The notes beneath the pieces were generated by a model. That model was not told the origin of the DNA. It made no database searches and saw only the letters and a program-made list of their open reading frames with translations. A program made the translations under genes and the position numbers. From a virus (lineage: Duplodnaviria > Caudoviricetes), in IMG/VR virus record IMGVR_UViG_3300042922_000732, positions 1 through 57,719 of that record: 57,719 bases of DNA, one strand, 5' to 3'. Below are positions 8,139 to 18,552 of this stretch, piece after piece. The stretch's first letter is position 1; every line of letters begins with the position of its first letter.

Positions 8139-9851
8139 TTATTCTAACATTTTTGTATTCATGAAACTACGTACAAATTCTTTATTCTCATTATACTCGA
8201 ATTCATTAAGTAATTCATATTTGTTATTTTTAAGCTTAATTATATTATTAAATTTATACTTAGAATATTCTTTTTCTTCAAAGCCGATAGAAGATACAAT
8301 CAATTGTACTTCTTCACTAACTTCACTAAATAAATAATCAAATAGTTCTCTCTTCTTTTCTTTGTCTGTTTCAACATTATTAGGACTATCTAATACCAAT
8401 GGAAATCTTATTGCATTTGGATTAAATTCATCTCTAATTTTCAACAAATTAATATACCACATGATAGTTGCGATTGGCTTATTGCTACCTCCAGCTGTAA
8501 ATACATTACTTACATCTAATAAATTTTTGTTTTTTATTTCTTTTAATCCAAATCTTTCTTTATCTTTTATCATAAGCTCATAATATCTAGAATTTATTTT
8601 CTTTTTAGCTTCATCATAGTTCCTTTTCTCTTTATTTAACTCCTTCAATCTTTCATCTATGGTTAAAAGGTTTGATGTTATTGTTCCTAATTCCCGTATT
8701 ATAGTTTCCCTAAGTTCAATATATCCTTTATATTTTAAAATATCATTTATTTCTCTTGAGTTAATACTTATTTTTTCTTCGTATACATTTAATATTTCTA
8801 AAATATCTCTATACTTACTTTCTTCATTCTTAATCTTTTTCTCTATATTTATTAATATAAATTCTAAATCTTGTTTTAAAAATAATATGTCTTCTATCGT
8901 ATTGTATTTTTGGATACGAACTTCTAACTCATCCTCAATCCTTGATTTACAATATGGACAAATATGATTGATAATTTGTTTTACTTCTTTTTCTGTATCA
9001 TTGTTAAATACGTCTAATTCTTTAACATTGGAAATTAATTCTTCTTTTTGATTTCGAAGATTAATTAGGGATTTTTTTATTTTGTTTAAATTATCAATTA
9101 TCGTATTATATTCATCCTTGTATTGTTCTACTTCTATTTTCAGACTTTCTATATTCGTTGAATAATCAGTTCCTTTAATACTTTTATTAATTTTTTCGAG
9201 CATATTTTGATTAATAGTTCTCTCATCTTGATACTCTTTATGATTTCCTTTTAATTTTTCCAATTCTTTAATAAGTGTATAATATTCTCTAGTATACACA
9301 TTAAAATGATAATATAACACTTTGTCTTTATAATTAGAGTATTGTTGCAGATTCTTGAATGAACTAAAGTTTGTACCACGCATTTCATCTTGGTCTATAT
9401 AATTAAGTAAATAATTATATGCAGGTGGAGTTATTTCTAACTTATCATCTTTTTTATTTGGTAATTCTACTGCAAAATCAAATAATTCTTTTAAATATTC
9501 TGCAAGTTCTTCTCTAGTAATAGTTTTATATAATTCCTTAAAACCATCTTTTAAATATATCTTGAATAATCTTCCATGCCTAAATATATAGTATGATTTT
9601 TCTTTTACAATAAATTCTAAAATGAAAATTTTATTCTCCACATCCCATTGACCATCAAAAATACAATCTGCACCCAAAGAATGATAAATACTTTTTAGTA
9701 TAATAGATTTTCCTCTTTTAGTTCCATCTATTTCACTCGAAGTTATAATATTTCGTCCTTTAGTAAAGGGTATGACTTTAGCTTTCTTTTCATTTATTGA
9801 AAAAATATATAATTTAGTTATTATCAATCTATTCATAAACACCCTCTCCAT
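8139..9851 (-). CDS. lmuB: SMC-like ABC ATPase, Lamassu LmuB-like
   Basis: Walker A GTKRGKS, long coiled coils, CPYC zinc hook, signature-like AGGSN, Walker B LVLDSP. Confidence 0.8.
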   Translation of the reverse strand: MERVFMNRLIITKLYIFSINEKKAKVIPFTKGRNIITSSEIDGTKRGKSIILKSIYHSLGADCIFDGQWDVENKIFILEFIVKEKSYYIFRHGRLFKIYLKDGFKELYKTITREELAEYLKELFDFAVELPNKKDDKLEITPPAYNYLLNYIDQDEMRGTNFSSFKNLQQYSNYKDKVLYYHFNVYTREYYTLIKELEKLKGNHKEYQDERTINQNMLEKINKSIKGTDYSTNIESLKIEVEQYKDEYNTIIDNLNKIKKSLINLRNQKEELISNVKELDVFNNDTEKEVKQIINHICPYCKSRIEDELEVRIQKYNTIEDILFLKQDLEFILINIEKKIKNEESKYRDILEILNVYEEKISINSREINDILKYKGYIELRETIIRELGTITSNLLTIDERLKELNKEKRNYDEAKKKINSRYYELMIKDKERFGLKEIKNKNLLDVSNVFTAGGSNKPIATIMWYINLLKIRDEFNPNAIRFPLVLDSPNNVETDKEKKRELFDYLFSEVSEEVQLIVSSIGFEEKEYSKYKFNNIIKLKNNKYELLNEFEYNENKEFVRSFMNTKMLE

Positions 9852-10896
9852 ATCTTACTAAAACTAATATGACTAATGCTTTCTTATCATCTGTAGTATA
9901 TTCTAATGTAAATTCATTCGAAAATATTTCTATTAATATTTCTGTAGTTTCTTCGAAAGTTTTATCTAATTCTTCCAAATGTTCATTAATATATTGGGCA
10001 ATCATCTCTTCAATTTTTTTTAATTGCTTATTTATAGTTAATTCTTTTACTATTTTACCAAGAGCTATATTCATCTTTGTATTATCTCTAAATCCATCAT
10101 ATATTTCATTAATTTTTGTCTTGGCTTTTTTAGTTGATTCATCTGCGACATTAATATATTTTTTTATGATTGTATTAAATTCTGATTTTGTTATACCTTT
10201 CTTACTAATAACTTCTGAATAATCATTACATTGTAATTCATAGTTTGCCTTCACAGCAATTGTATCTGATAATGCTCTATATAACGTCACTACCTTTTTA
10301 GGTTCTTCTCCTGTAATTTTCATAAAGAAATTAACTGTTTGTCCAATTAAACTGTTGGATGGTTCAAACAAATCCATAGAAGTAAAAATATAGTACGAAC
10401 TATTTAAATCTATATCTTCTTCTATATTTAATTCTTTTTTTAGGTTTTCATTAACCAATTCCATACTTTTTTCATCTAAATTTACTAGTTCAAATTCCTT
10501 TACAGATGATTTTATTTTCTTATCTGCTGTTTTTAAAGGTGTATTTACCACTATGGCTATTTTACTTTTTAAATCGCCTTCTTCATTATCAATAATATTT
10601 TTCAACACATATACTTTTCCTAATATAGAATTTCCTTGAGCATCAGGACCACTTATTTTTTTTATTGAATATGGAGAGCCCTTGCTACTTGTTTTAATTT
10701 GATAAAACTCCATAGACTCATTTAAATGCAATTCTATATCACATACATAATCAAATACCATTACAAAATCATTTTCCGACTCGTATATGTTATATATCTT
10801 CTCCAAACCCCATAACATTTCATTCCTAAATCTATTTTTAGAACGTGAACCAGATAAATCACAAGGTAATTTCATATACAAACTATCTTTATCCAA
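9829..10896 (-). CDS. lmuA: Cap4/DUF4297-type endonuclease effector, Lamassu LmuA-like
   Basis: SGSRSKNRF…DYVCDIE…FYQIKT PD-(D/E)xK-like N-terminus; overlaps the SMC gene. Confidence 0.78.
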   Translation of the reverse strand: MDKDSLYMKLPCDLSGSRSKNRFRNEMLWGLEKIYNIYESENDFVMVFDYVCDIELHLNESMEFYQIKTSSKGSPYSIKKISGPDAQGNSILGKVYVLKNIIDNEEGDLKSKIAIVVNTPLKTADKKIKSSVKEFELVNLDEKSMELVNENLKKELNIEEDIDLNSSYYIFTSMDLFEPSNSLIGQTVNFFMKITGEEPKKVVTLYRALSDTIAVKANYELQCNDYSEVISKKGITKSEFNTIIKKYINVADESTKKAKTKINEIYDGFRDNTKMNIALGKIVKELTINKQLKKIEEMIAQYINEHLEELDKTFEETTEILIEIFSNEFTLEYTTDDKKALVILVLVRYGEGVYE

Positions 10897-11185
10897 CTCA
10901 AATTACCCCCATATTTTATGTATTTTCATAGGCTATAATTTAATACTATTTCTATTTAAATAGAAACATCTACTACTTTATTAATTCAATCTCTTGAAAA
11001 CATTGTAAATCATTTTACCATTTTCTACAATATTCCCAAGAGAAAATTATTATTAAAATGCATTTATATCTTAAATTAGAGAAGCACCTTTTAATTATTC
11101 TAAAGGCTAATTTTCGTTCTTAATTTTTTAAAGTTTGTTATTAATACTACTTATTCATATCTATATATTCTTCTACCCTTAAAAT

Positions 11186-12064
11186 TCATTTTATCCAAGC
11201 TCCACTTGAATCTACTCTATATCCATCTGGTGTAATTGTATTACATGCCATAGAACCACTTGAAGAGAAATAGTAACACTCTCCATCTATCCAAAGCCAT
11301 TCATTTTTAGCCATCTTGCATGACTCTTTAAGATAATACCACTTTCCACCATCTTGTATCCATGTACTTTCTCTTGCATATCCTTGACTATCAAAAGAAT
11401 ACCATTCTCCATCTATACTTTCCCATGAATCTTTATAATAATATTTTTCCTCTAAATTGGTGCAATACCACCACCCAGTACTATTTTTATTCCACCCTAA
11501 TTTCCATTCATTCTTAGCTGATGTTGAATATTCAAAATCTCCTGCCACAAATGAAGTTCCAGTAATACCACTAACTACTGCATTTACTAAATTTTCTTTA
11601 TTAGCTTCATATCTAACCATATCTGAATAAGTATCAATAAAGCATAGCTCTACAAGCATACTTGCACAAGGTGAATTTCTAATTACATAAAGGCTAGAAC
11701 CATCTTTAATCCCTCTGTTAACAAAACCTAATGAAACTATATTATTTAGTATATTTCTTGAACTTGTTAGCTCTCTAGCTCCATAAGTATATACTTCCGT
11801 TCCAACTCCTCCTCCTGCATTCAAATGAATAGATACAAACAAATCTGCATCACTTGGGCAGTTATTAACCCTAGTGCTTAAACTAGAGCTTACACTATTC
11901 GAACTATCTGGAGCAACTGCAATTACTATATTCCCTAAAGCTTCTAACTTACTTTTAACCATTTTTCCTATCTCTCTTGTACATTGTTGTTCTTTATATC
12001 CGTTTCCATCTGCACCTGTATCTGCTCCACTAAGACAATGACCATAATCTAATGCTATTTTCAT
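11186..12064 (-). CDS. Endolysin: N-acetylmuramoyl-L-alanine amidase (Amidase_3) plus cell-wall-binding repeats
   Basis: DYGH…E…SIHLNA…LVELCFID; C-terminal GxWYY repeats. Confidence 0.93.
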   Translation of the reverse strand: MKIALDYGHCLSGADTGADGNGYKEQQCTREIGKMVKSKLEALGNIVIAVAPDSSNSVSSSLSTRVNNCPSDADLFVSIHLNAGGGVGTEVYTYGARELTSSRNILNNIVSLGFVNRGIKDGSSLYVIRNSPCASMLVELCFIDTYSDMVRYEANKENLVNAVVSGITGTSFVAGDFEYSTSAKNEWKLGWNKNSTGWWYCTNLEEKYYYKDSWESIDGEWYSFDSQGYARESTWIQDGGKWYYLKESCKMAKNEWLWIDGECYYFSSSGSMACNTITPDGYRVDSSGAWIK

Positions 12065-12130
12065 AAATATTTCCTTCTTTCTTTAAATAAATTTAATAAT
12101 AAAAGAGTAACATTTAGGCTACTCTAAAGC

Positions 12131-12577
12131 TTAAGCTTGTATTGTTTGTTGTTGCACATCTGAACTTGTATTTACTGCAACTGTTGATTGGATTTGAGCT
12201 ATTTTATTTTTAAGCTCTGCATTTTCTGTTTGTAATTGTGTTTTTTCATCTTGCAATTGTTTTAATAAGTCTGAATTACTTATAACAGCTTCTTTATCTT
12301 GGTTTACCTCACCTGCAATACTTTGCCTTAAATCATCAATATCTCTTTGTGAAAGCTCTGGAAATTTAACTAATAGAGCTTCATTAAATTGCTCTATTTT
12401 AGACTTTAATTTTTCCTCTACAGTTGTACTTATTCTAAAGTTTTCATCTACCATATCCCAAATTTTCTTTGCTTCTGTAAAATAATTTTGATTTTTTAAT
12501 ATTGTTGCTTCTAGTCCAGATTTGACTAATTTACTTTCTAATACCTTTGCGACTAATGTTAATATTGTTTTTATCAT
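12131..12577 (-). CDS. Lysis-cassette coiled-coil protein (possible second holin or accessory)
   Basis: Lies between holin and endolysin; C-terminal coiled coil. Confidence 0.55.
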   Translation of the reverse strand: MIKTILTLVAKVLESKLVKSGLEATILKNQNYFTEAKKIWDMVDENFRISTTVEEKLKSKIEQFNEALLVKFPELSQRDIDDLRQSIAGEVNQDKEAVISNSDLLKQLQDEKTQLQTENAELKNKIAQIQSTVAVNTSSDVQQQTIQA

Positions 12578-12624
12578 TTTATATTCCTCATTTCTAAATT
12601 TTTTATATTATAAAAAAGCAACCA

Positions 12625-13047
12625 TTAAGGCTGCTCTTTAATTTCTTTCTTTTCTCCATCCTTTAATTGTGCTAATGCATCCCTTAATTTATCTGGAACT
12701 GGTACACCTAAACTTATTGCATTTTCTAATAAACTTAGTGCTTCATTTGCTATATAGAAATATGCTACAAGTGTTCTAAATACCCATGTTTCAGAATTTA
12801 ATAATCTGTCCAATAAAACTGCCACAATTAGAACTTCAAATATTACTGCTTTTCTGGCAATACCTCTAAGTCCTACATCAGAACTTAGTTTCTTATTTAC
12901 ATACCCCCTTAATACCCCTGTAGCATAATCTAAAATCATGCATGTTATTAATACTTCTAATGGTATATCCCATGAACCAAATAACCATGTGAAGCCTGTT
13001 CCTAATATCGCTATTAATATTTTTGAATACTTTAATACATTTTCCAT
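12625..13047 (-). CDS. Phage holin (toxin secretion/phage lysis holin family)
   Basis: LDYATGVL…LSSDVGLRGIARK…NEALSLLENA…GVPVP motifs; TM segments. Confidence 0.92.
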   Translation of the reverse strand: MENVLKYSKILIAILGTGFTWLFGSWDIPLEVLITCMILDYATGVLRGYVNKKLSSDVGLRGIARKAVIFEVLIVAVLLDRLLNSETWVFRTLVAYFYIANEALSLLENAISLGVPVPDKLRDALAQLKDGEKKEIKEQP

Positions 13048-13243
13048 ATGTCACCTTCCTTAATTAAATTTCATAAAAACGGACAAAAAAAAAAGACTCC
13101 TAAAAGCCTTAAATTATACTTATTTTCTTATTTAACTTTTTCGCCCTTTTCTCCTATTGTGTATTAAATTTTATATAACAAAAAAGAGCTGATTTTCTCA
13201 ACTCTCTTGCTTTGTTTTAGTCATAAAATTTATAATCAAAATA

Positions 13244-13912
13244 TTAATTTTGATTATACCTTTCTTTTAATTGAATATAAAAGTTATCAATACATTCTTG
13301 ATGCTCATTAAACCCGCTTTGATAAATTTCTCTAATTCTTATATACAATTGATGTTTTTCAAGATATTTCTGAACTTCTGCATCAGTCACTTCTCCATTA
13401 GCTCGCTTCCATTCTGCTTTAAAATAAATTCTCAAAAAATCTTTTAATACATTTACTTCATCTTCTAACTTGACAATATGCTTTTTATCATACCAGCCAT
13501 CTTTATTTGTTATTTTAACAAGTAATAATTCAATTAGATACACAATAAAATCATTATTTTTATTGTTATCTTTATCTGGACCAAAATACAATATTAATAA
13601 AGTTGCATTTTTTTCAAGTGTACTTTTTAATTCTAATATCTTAGTTTCATCATATTTACTAGATTTAATATTTCCAATTAAATCATAACATATCGAAATG
13701 AAATCAACACATTTTTTTCTGACCTCTTGTATCCATTCAATTCTGGCAGTAGACACTATGTTACCTTTAAAATTTTGAATATTTAATTCTTTTTGTTGTT
13801 TTAAGCTCTTGTAGTTATTATAAAAAGACATTAATCCGACCAAAAATGCAATAAACGCTGCTATACTTGCCCATTGAAAATTACCATTATTATCAAAAAA
13901 TAAATACGACAA
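13244..13912 (-). CDS. Membrane-anchored hypothetical protein (moron)
   Basis: N-terminal TM; own GGAGGTG RBS; inserted between tail and lysis genes. Confidence 0.7.
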   Translation of the reverse strand: MSYLFFDNNGNFQWASIAAFIAFLVGLMSFYNNYKSLKQQKELNIQNFKGNIVSTARIEWIQEVRKKCVDFISICYDLIGNIKSSKYDETKILELKSTLEKNATLLILYFGPDKDNNKNNDFIVYLIELLLVKITNKDGWYDKKHIVKLEDEVNVLKDFLRIYFKAEWKRANGEVTDAEVQKYLEKHQLYIRIREIYQSGFNEHQECIDNFYIQLKERYNQN

Positions 13913-14046
13913 TTTTGAAACTCACCTCCCACAACTTCAATAATTCTATCATTTATTTAATTTTTTATCAATTATCAACTGCAGCAAGTTTATATATATT
14001 TTAATCTTAGTTTAGTACAAAAATTAAGTGTACCAAACATTCTTTC

Positions 14047-14262
14047 TTATGATGTAGCATTTGTTGTATTATTATCTTTAGCAGTATCATCTGTTGTTTG
14101 ATATTTACTTTCTGATAGTTGCATCAACTTTGTATATTCATCTTGTGTAATTACATTAAATGCAAAGAATACCCCCAGCTTCTTTTCTATATCATCCTTA
14201 GTTGCATAAAATTTGTTGCTAATAAGATTTTCCATTATTGATCCCATTTTATTTTCCTCCAT
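14047..14262 (-). CDS. Small tail-fibre-associated protein (XkdX-like position)
   Basis: ITQDEY motif; synteny. Confidence 0.6.
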   Translation of the reverse strand: MEENKMGSIMENLISNKFYATKDDIEKKLGVFFAFNVITQDEYTKLMQLSESKYQTTDDTAKDNNTTNATS

Positions 14263-14530
14263 TTTCTTTTAATAATATTTGTTCTTGTAAATTTGCTAAT
14301 TGTGCCTGAGTCTCTAGCAATTGATCTTGTGTTTTTTCTAAATCTGTTTTTGGTATATCTTCAAGTATTGGTACGTTTGGTGTTTTACTTGTATCAATAC
14401 CTGTTAGAATTTTATTTTCTGGTAGTTCTATTTCTAAATACTTTAAATCTCCTTGTGGTTTTTTATAACTTCCTGTTATCGGTGAACTAAAAATAGTTCC
14501 TGTATTATCATAAATTATTAATGTGCTCAT
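14249..14530 (-). CDS. Tail fibre assembly/chaperone-like protein
   Basis: IIYDNTG N-terminus, C-terminal coiled coil, downstream of tail fibre. Confidence 0.6.
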   Translation of the reverse strand: MSTLIIYDNTGTIFSSPITGSYKKPQGDLKYLEIELPENKILTGIDTSKTPNVPILEDIPKTDLEKTQDQLLETQAQLANLQEQILLKENGGK

Positions 14531-14553
14531 ATTTATTTTACCCTCCTAATTAA

Positions 14554-15978
14554 TTAACTATATGCAAACCAAATTATACTCTCCCCACTACTAACCCCGT
14601 CAGAATTTAAAGGCATAACAAAACTTCCACCGTTTACTCCTAATGCTACTGTTGATTTTGTACTTGCTATACTTACATTAGCCCACGGTTGAGAATAACC
14701 ATAATCAATTATCAATGTAATATAATCTGGAAGAGAGCTATGCCAATAAAATCTATTAGTAGGCTTTGATTGTACATATCCAAATACAACTGATGGTGTG
14801 AAATTAAGACCAGATACAGATATTAATTTTGCATTAGTATTAACACCGTTAGGACTATAAACTTTGTATATTGTAGAACCTACTATAGCTGTATTAGATG
14901 CAAATTGTCTTCCTCCTATATTTGCTATTGTTGCTTGGCCATTAATTAGACTTCCATTAACCCATGCACTAAATCCTGATAATATTTGTGCTGATGATGC
15001 ATTAGCTGGTGTTTGACTTGCTAAATTATTTGCAATAATTGTCCCACCGCTAACATGACCAGATGGAACATTAAAGCTTTGCCCACAATTCAAATTAGCA
15101 TTTAATTGCCCATTTTCAGGCATTGAACCTGTTACCAGTCCATTGTTCCCAGTTGCTGTCTTATTTATCAATAGGTCCCCTGAAGTTAAATTTCCACCAC
15201 CCCCTTTACCCAGTAATTGAAAATTTCCATTAGTAGCATCATAGATAAGATTTGCTATTAAATCTTTTCTCACGTTATTAACTTTATTTCCAAAGTAATC
15301 CACCACATCTTTAGCTCCTAGGCTATTTGGATTAACTGTAATATTTCCTGTACTGGCAGCATTAAACTTCACTTTTAATGCATATCCATCTGAAAGTGAA
15401 GTTAAATTTGGAACAGTTAAAGCATAAGCATTTCCTGAATTTGTTGTTTGATATACTTTGGATTTGTTCGTCATGTCTGACAATTGCGCATTAATTAAAT
15501 TTATTGAACCAGTTAAAGTTTTAATATCTTTCTGAGTTGCAAGTATTACTGTTGGATCAACCTTTAAGCTTATAGTTGAAGTATTCGATACTTCTAGAAT
15601 AAGCCTTATTAACATTTCTTTAGTAGTTCCATCTTCAAAGACTGGTTTATAACTTTCAGAAAGTTTACTTATAGCTATAAGGTTATTATTTTCATCAAAT
15701 ATTCCAGCTTCTCTTATATAGAAACCTCCAATATCTGCAGGTAGTACAGTATCTACAACAATCCAATTAGGATTATCTTCATCTACATAAACACTTCCTA
15801 TAGGGCCTTCCCATTTTGTATTTACTAAATCCGTCTGAGATTCTGTAGGTTCATAATAAACTCCTTTACTATCGCCTACTTTAAACTTAGTAAAGTTTAC
15901 TTTAGTTCCCATAGGGATACTATTTGCTATTTTTGCTTTACCTATATCTGTTATAAGTGTATAACAATTTTCAGCCAT
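14554..15978 (-). CDS. Tail fibre protein (N-terminal tail-collar DUF3751-like)
   Basis: TLITDIGKAKIA…GGFYIREAGIFD…YKP; G/N/S-rich distal part. Confidence 0.88.
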   Translation of the reverse strand: MAENCYTLITDIGKAKIANSIPMGTKVNFTKFKVGDSKGVYYEPTESQTDLVNTKWEGPIGSVYVDEDNPNWIVVDTVLPADIGGFYIREAGIFDENNNLIAISKLSESYKPVFEDGTTKEMLIRLILEVSNTSTISLKVDPTVILATQKDIKTLTGSINLINAQLSDMTNKSKVYQTTNSGNAYALTVPNLTSLSDGYALKVKFNAASTGNITVNPNSLGAKDVVDYFGNKVNNVRKDLIANLIYDATNGNFQLLGKGGGGNLTSGDLLINKTATGNNGLVTGSMPENGQLNANLNCGQSFNVPSGHVSGGTIIANNLASQTPANASSAQILSGFSAWVNGSLINGQATIANIGGRQFASNTAIVGSTIYKVYSPNGVNTNAKLISVSGLNFTPSVVFGYVQSKPTNRFYWHSSLPDYITLIIDYGYSQPWANVSIASTKSTVALGVNGGSFVMPLNSDGVSSGESIIWFAYS

Positions 15979-16619
15979 TAATTGATCTCCTTTCTTGGAT
16001 ATATAGTTATATTTTCAGCACCACTAGGTTGCAGAGAAACAATATCTATTTTTGCCTTAGTTTCAATACTTCTTGCCACATAAGGATAAACAATTATTTC
16101 TTCACTTAATATATTGACTGCACCAAAGTATAAATTGCTTTTAGTTAAAGGAACAATCTTATATTTAACTCCTAAATGTGAAGGCTTTACTTTCTTTACT
16201 GTTGCATATATGTCATTTAATTCATTTGGAAAACCTTCTTCACTTAATAAATCTATTTCAAATATATATGGTGCTACATTTTCTTTAATATTTATATCTG
16301 CATTAAGAAATTTTTTTATAATATTGGCCATTCTATCAGGATTTACAATATATTTGCTTTGAAGCTTAGTGATTATCTTAGCTCGTCTAATGCTTAGCTC
16401 TTCATTATGATTAGTAATAAGGCCAAGTCGCTGTTCCCAGATATCAAGTCCCCATGTAGCTGTTTGTGGGAAAAGTTGATTACTTATATCATCAATTTGT
16501 TTTTCAGATAAATCTGCTTCACTTCCTATAGCTTCAAAAATTGATTGCATTAACATATTTCTCTCATATATAGGTGAAACACTTTCATACATTTCTTTTG
16601 CTTTTGTTGATTCTATCAT
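15978..16619 (-). CDS. Baseplate protein YmfQ/XkdU (DUF2313)
   Basis: FPQTATWGLDIWEQRLGL; KPSHL. Confidence 0.85.
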   Translation of the reverse strand: MIESTKAKEMYESVSPIYERNMLMQSIFEAIGSEADLSEKQIDDISNQLFPQTATWGLDIWEQRLGLITNHNEELSIRRAKIITKLQSKYIVNPDRMANIIKKFLNADINIKENVAPYIFEIDLLSEEGFPNELNDIYATVKKVKPSHLGVKYKIVPLTKSNLYFGAVNILSEEIIVYPYVARSIETKAKIDIVSLQPSGAENITIYPRKEIN

Positions 16620-17746
16620 GTTATATTAACCACCTCACCCATAACTGGAACTTGATCTGTAAGCTTTATATTAATTGTTCCATCATTTACAGTAAGACTA
16701 TTAAAATCTTCTATGCCTTCCTCTGACAGAATATAAGATCCTATAATTGTATAGATTGCATTATAATTTACGGTGCCATTAAGTTTAATTTTCTTAAGAT
16801 AAGTAGCAACTTTTTCTTTCAATCCACTTAATATTGATGTTGAATCAAATCCGGTTGTAAAGGTGTATTTAGCTTTAACATTAATTGCTAAAGTTGTAGG
16901 AGTAGAGATTGTAACAGTCGCACCTATTGGAGCTTTACCTCCACGATTTTGTCCTGGAAGTTTATCTGGATAGATATAATCTTTAACTGCTTTTGTCAAT
17001 TCCGCTGTCGCAGGTTGTCCGTTCTTATCTAAGATTAATAATTTAACTGTACCTGGACCATTCCATTCTGCTATTGAGTATGCAGAGCCAACACCATCAA
17101 TTTCTAAAGCCCATCTAACATAATCGCTATCTGCACCACTTAACTGTTCTTCTTGTTCAGCAGCAATGATCCTTTCTCTGTAATGTTCTTCATCTTCGAT
17201 ATCTGTTCCACCTTGAAATTTTTCTAAATTAGTTACAGACTTAACACCATTGATTGATGTTATTAATAATGTTATTGTATTGGGTTCTACATTTCCTATA
17301 CTCCCAGGAATTAAACATTTAGTAGGAACTGTAGCTATTCCTGTAGTATCAATAGTCATGTTCTCTAATACCTCAAATTGGACTGATTCTTTTTCATCTG
17401 TTGAAGGAGTACCAACTATTTTACCTTTCAAAATTGTTGTTCCAGGAACTCCTACTAATTGCACATTACCAATAGATTTTGTAGCTTTATTTTTATATAT
17501 CCCTTTCCATTCTCCTAAATATTCTAAATAGATTCCTGCAGCAGTTTGTGGATATGCTTGCTTTAATGTATTTTGCAATTGTATTTTTAACATTCTTTCT
17601 TTTTCTTCAGCGCTCGGCCTTGTTGTATCCCAAAAGATATCACCTTCAATTGTTGAAACATTATCAGGAGCCTTGGCTAACATTCTTGCATGAATGTCTT
17701 CAACACTTTCATTCAAAAAATCCGGAATAGGTAGCTCTATAGACAT
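16616..17746 (-). CDS. Baseplate J/gp47-family protein (XkdT-like)
   Basis: PGSIGNV, GGTDIE, DYVRWALEIDGVG, WNGPGTVK. Confidence 0.9.
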   Translation of the reverse strand: MSIELPIPDFLNESVEDIHARMLAKAPDNVSTIEGDIFWDTTRPSAEEKERMLKIQLQNTLKQAYPQTAAGIYLEYLGEWKGIYKNKATKSIGNVQLVGVPGTTILKGKIVGTPSTDEKESVQFEVLENMTIDTTGIATVPTKCLIPGSIGNVEPNTITLLITSINGVKSVTNLEKFQGGTDIEDEEHYRERIIAAEQEEQLSGADSDYVRWALEIDGVGSAYSIAEWNGPGTVKLLILDKNGQPATAELTKAVKDYIYPDKLPGQNRGGKAPIGATVTISTPTTLAINVKAKYTFTTGFDSTSILSGLKEKVATYLKKIKLNGTVNYNAIYTIIGSYILSEEGIEDFNSLTVNDGTINIKLTDQVPVMGEVVNIT

Positions 17747-17750
17747 TTAA

Positions 17751-18191
17751 TCACCCCATTCTATTTTTAGTCATAAGCACTTTCTTTTGTCCTTGTACAG
17801 TTGTTATTTCATACTCATAGTAAACTTCTCCGTTACCCCAATTAAAAGTAAAGTTATCTATATCTGCAGTCATTGGATGAACCATTAGCGCTTCTTTAGT
17901 AACTCGTTTTATTTCTAATTCCATTGCATTCTGATCTAAACTCGAACCTATAATATCTTTCCCATATCTATTTGAATAAGATTTATATTTATATCTAGCA
18001 GTTTGCATTGCTTTTTCACACCATTGAATATAACCATCAAATTCATCCAGTATTTTAATTGTTCCATCTGGATTTCTAATGAATTCTCCAGTCTCAAAAT
18101 CAATAGCATAGGAACCTTTGAAATCTGTAATCGAAGAGTTTTGTGCTAAATTAGTGCTTTCTAAGATTCCATTAGGAAATAAATTAGCCAT
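17751..18191 (-). CDS. XkdS/DUF2634 baseplate wedge protein
   Basis: DFETGEF…QWCEKAMQTARYKYKSYS…YG. Confidence 0.85.
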   Translation of the reverse strand: MANLFPNGILESTNLAQNSSITDFKGSYAIDFETGEFIRNPDGTIKILDEFDGYIQWCEKAMQTARYKYKSYSNRYGKDIIGSSLDQNAMELEIKRVTKEALMVHPMTADIDNFTFNWGNGEVYYEYEITTVQGQKKVLMTKNRMG

Positions 18192-18552
18192 TTGAAATCA
18201 CCCTCCCAATAACTACATTATCAGCACCAAATTGAGCCACAAGGACTTTATCTCCTAATTGTAATTTTTTTAAATTACCAGGAGTTTTAATTTCATGTGA
18301 ATGCTCACTTGATGATTCTGTATTATAGCTATCTTCTAACATTAGATAATCAAGAACCCTATATTCAGTAAATTCATGTTTAAAATTATCTAATTTAAGG
18401 CCAGTTTCTGTTATACTACCAAGAGCGAGTCCTGTTCCATCTATTGCACCTTTAATCGCTTTATATGTATTATTGTCCAACAATCTTTTGACTTCATTGA
18501 ATACGTCTCCCTCATGATCACTCACTATAAAATTTCCTCCTAACATCCTCAA
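18184..18552 (-). CDS. XkdR/DUF2577-like baseplate spike protein
   Basis: HSH…LQLGDKVLV…VVIGRV; synteny. Confidence 0.75.
   Translation of the reverse strand: MRMLGGNFIVSDHEGDVFNEVKRLLDNNTYKAIKGAIDGTGLALGSITETGLKLDNFKHEFTEYRVLDYLMLEDSYNTESSSEHSHEIKTPGNLKKLQLGDKVLVAQFGADNVVIGRVISNG

Noticed and set aside
14554-15978. Tail-fibre diversification by DGR or shufflon
   Set aside because: No reverse transcriptase, template repeat or alternative fibre cassettes seen; the invertase-like genes are far away.
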